From: Candidatus Bipolaricaulia bacterium
GTDB taxonomy: Bacteria; Bipolaricaulota; Bipolaricaulia; JBHIAT01
Reading direction: 5' to 3'
DNA length: 27,999 nucleotides
Assembly (NCBI GenBank): GCA_046758705.1
Contig: JBHIAT010000028.1
Coordinates: forward strand, 1-27,999
The notes under the pieces: generated by a model
Database searches by the model: none
Told to the model about the DNA's origin: nothing
Seen by the model: the letters and a program-made list of their open reading frames with translations, nothing else
Shown: positions 27,338 through 27,999 of the stretch, one piece after another
Position numbering within the stretch: the first letter of the stretch is position 1
Layout: each line of letters begins with the position of its first letter
Program-made: the position numbers and the translations under genes

Positions 27338-27627
27338 GCACCCTGAGTGTCAGACTACCGAATTCTCTTCACAAGCAGCTTCGTGAGCTCGCTAAGAGCG
27401 AGGGGATCTCGATCAACCAACTGATCGCTTCTGCAGTGGCGGAGAAAATGGCGGCGCTGATGACAGCGGACTACTTGGAGGAACGAGCCCAACGTGGCAG
27501 TCGGGAGAAATTTGAACGCGTCCTTGCTAAGGTGCCAGATGTTGAACCAGAGGATTTCGACCGGATGCCTAACAAGTCACTGCAGCGGACGCCGCCTCAG
27601 CCCGAGAATCCATTGAGAATAGATTAG
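27334..27627 (+). CDS. Ribbon-helix-helix (HicB-like/CopG) antitoxin
   Basis: STLSVRLPNSLH..LAKSEGISINQLI. GGAGG ribosome-binding site and ATGA overlap. The C-terminal PNKSLQRT is read-through into attC. Confidence 0.88.
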   Translation: MSTLSVRLPNSLHKQLRELAKSEGISINQLIASAVAEKMAALMTADYLEERAQRGSREKFERVLAKVPDVEPEDFDRMPNKSLQRTPPQPENPLRID

Positions 27628-27656
27628 CAGCGCCGCTGAGTTCCCCGCCGTTATGG
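27567..27656 (+). other. attC recombination site (90 bp)
   Basis: R'' GCCTAAC; L'' CTGCAGCGG pairs with L' CCGCTGAG leaving one extrahelical base; R' GTTATGG. Confidence 0.88.
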
Positions 27657-27701
27657 GGTTGTGCCGCTGATGCCGGGAGCCGATGAGTGAAGTGGAACCG
27701 G
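27655..27701 (+). repeat. Imperfect direct repeat, copy 2 (encodes GVVPLMPGADE*, a vapC-like tail remnant)
   Basis: Matches 26465-26511 (GVVSLVPGTDE*). Confidence 0.85.
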
Positions 27702-27723
27702 ATCTGTAGCGGACCCTATGGGG

Positions 27724-27948
27724 TTACCCCATATATGTCACATGTTCCGGCTCGATCTTGTAGAGGATCCGGATCTCGCCAGGACGGCCGGTGAAGCGCT
27801 CGGTGCCTACATACTTCTTCGCCAAACTATCGATGTGAGCGTCCGCCCCTTCCTCGGTGATCTTCGCAATCCGCCCGCGAACCTCAAGACGGCGGTAAGG
27901 GTTATCGGGATCGATCAACGATAGAGTCACCCGCGAGTCACGCCTCAT
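27724..27948 (-). pseudogene. C-terminal half of a PPOX-class (F420-dependent/FMN split-barrel) oxidoreductase
   Basis: MRRDSRVTLSLIDPDNPYRRLEVRG..AHIDSLAKKY. An in-frame stop lies 3 codons upstream and the N-terminal half is absent. Confidence 0.8.
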
Positions 27949-27999
27949 AAGGTTTTACGCGGCGGAAACCCCTCCAGTTCACTTCCGGGGAGGAGCCGT
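27949..27999 (-). mobile_element. Probable terminal hairpin of an IS200/IS605-superfamily element (IscB/TnpB type)
   Basis: The minus strand reads CGGC-TCCTCCCC-GGAAG-TGAA-CTGGA-GGGG-TTTCC-GCCG..CCTT, then ATGA. This is a subterminal palindrome abutting the truncated gene. Confidence 0.55.

Larger units (their letters stand above)
26839..27650 (+). mobile_element. Integron gene cassette carrying a toxin-antitoxin pair
   Basis: It begins at G/TTAGGC and ends in an attC whose inverse core GCCTAAC is the exact reverse complement of GTTAGGC, as expected for a circularisable cassette. Confidence 0.88.

Overview
Bacterial chromosomal window (Shine-Dalgarno sites, sigma-70 genes, archaeal-style pyrB-pyrI). 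It alternates between housekeeping genes (coaBC, tsaC/Sua5, ABC exporter, HAD-IIA hydrolase, pyrB, pyrI, thpR, archease) and accessory segments. (1) 1-2330: nested mobile elements. A 5'-truncated IS630 transposase is joined to the 3' end of a degenerate group II intron. The intron sits immediately before the first catalytic Asp codon of an IS110/IS1111 transposase, whose right end looks like a bridge/seek RNA. (2) 2437-9539: regulatory island with two Crp/Fnr paralogs, two RpoD-like sigma paralogs, HEAT-repeat genes, a TolB-like protein and a TIR-domain protein. (3) 12478-15672: AT-richer convergent pair of a putative PD-(D/E)XK nuclease and an HTH-N6 methyltransferase-single-TRD fusion, with a palindrome inside the methyltransferase promoter (AhdI-like 'type 1.5' RM candidate). 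(4) 26465-27701: a relict integron missed by the ORF track. It has an IntI N-terminal stub, an attI region made of four ~40-bp-period palindromic units, and one toxin-antitoxin cassette with a matching attC, all bracketed by ~47-bp direct repeats. The window ends in a probable IS200/IS605-superfamily element end that truncates a PPOX-class gene at an ATGA motif. All calls come from reading the sequence; no searches were run.
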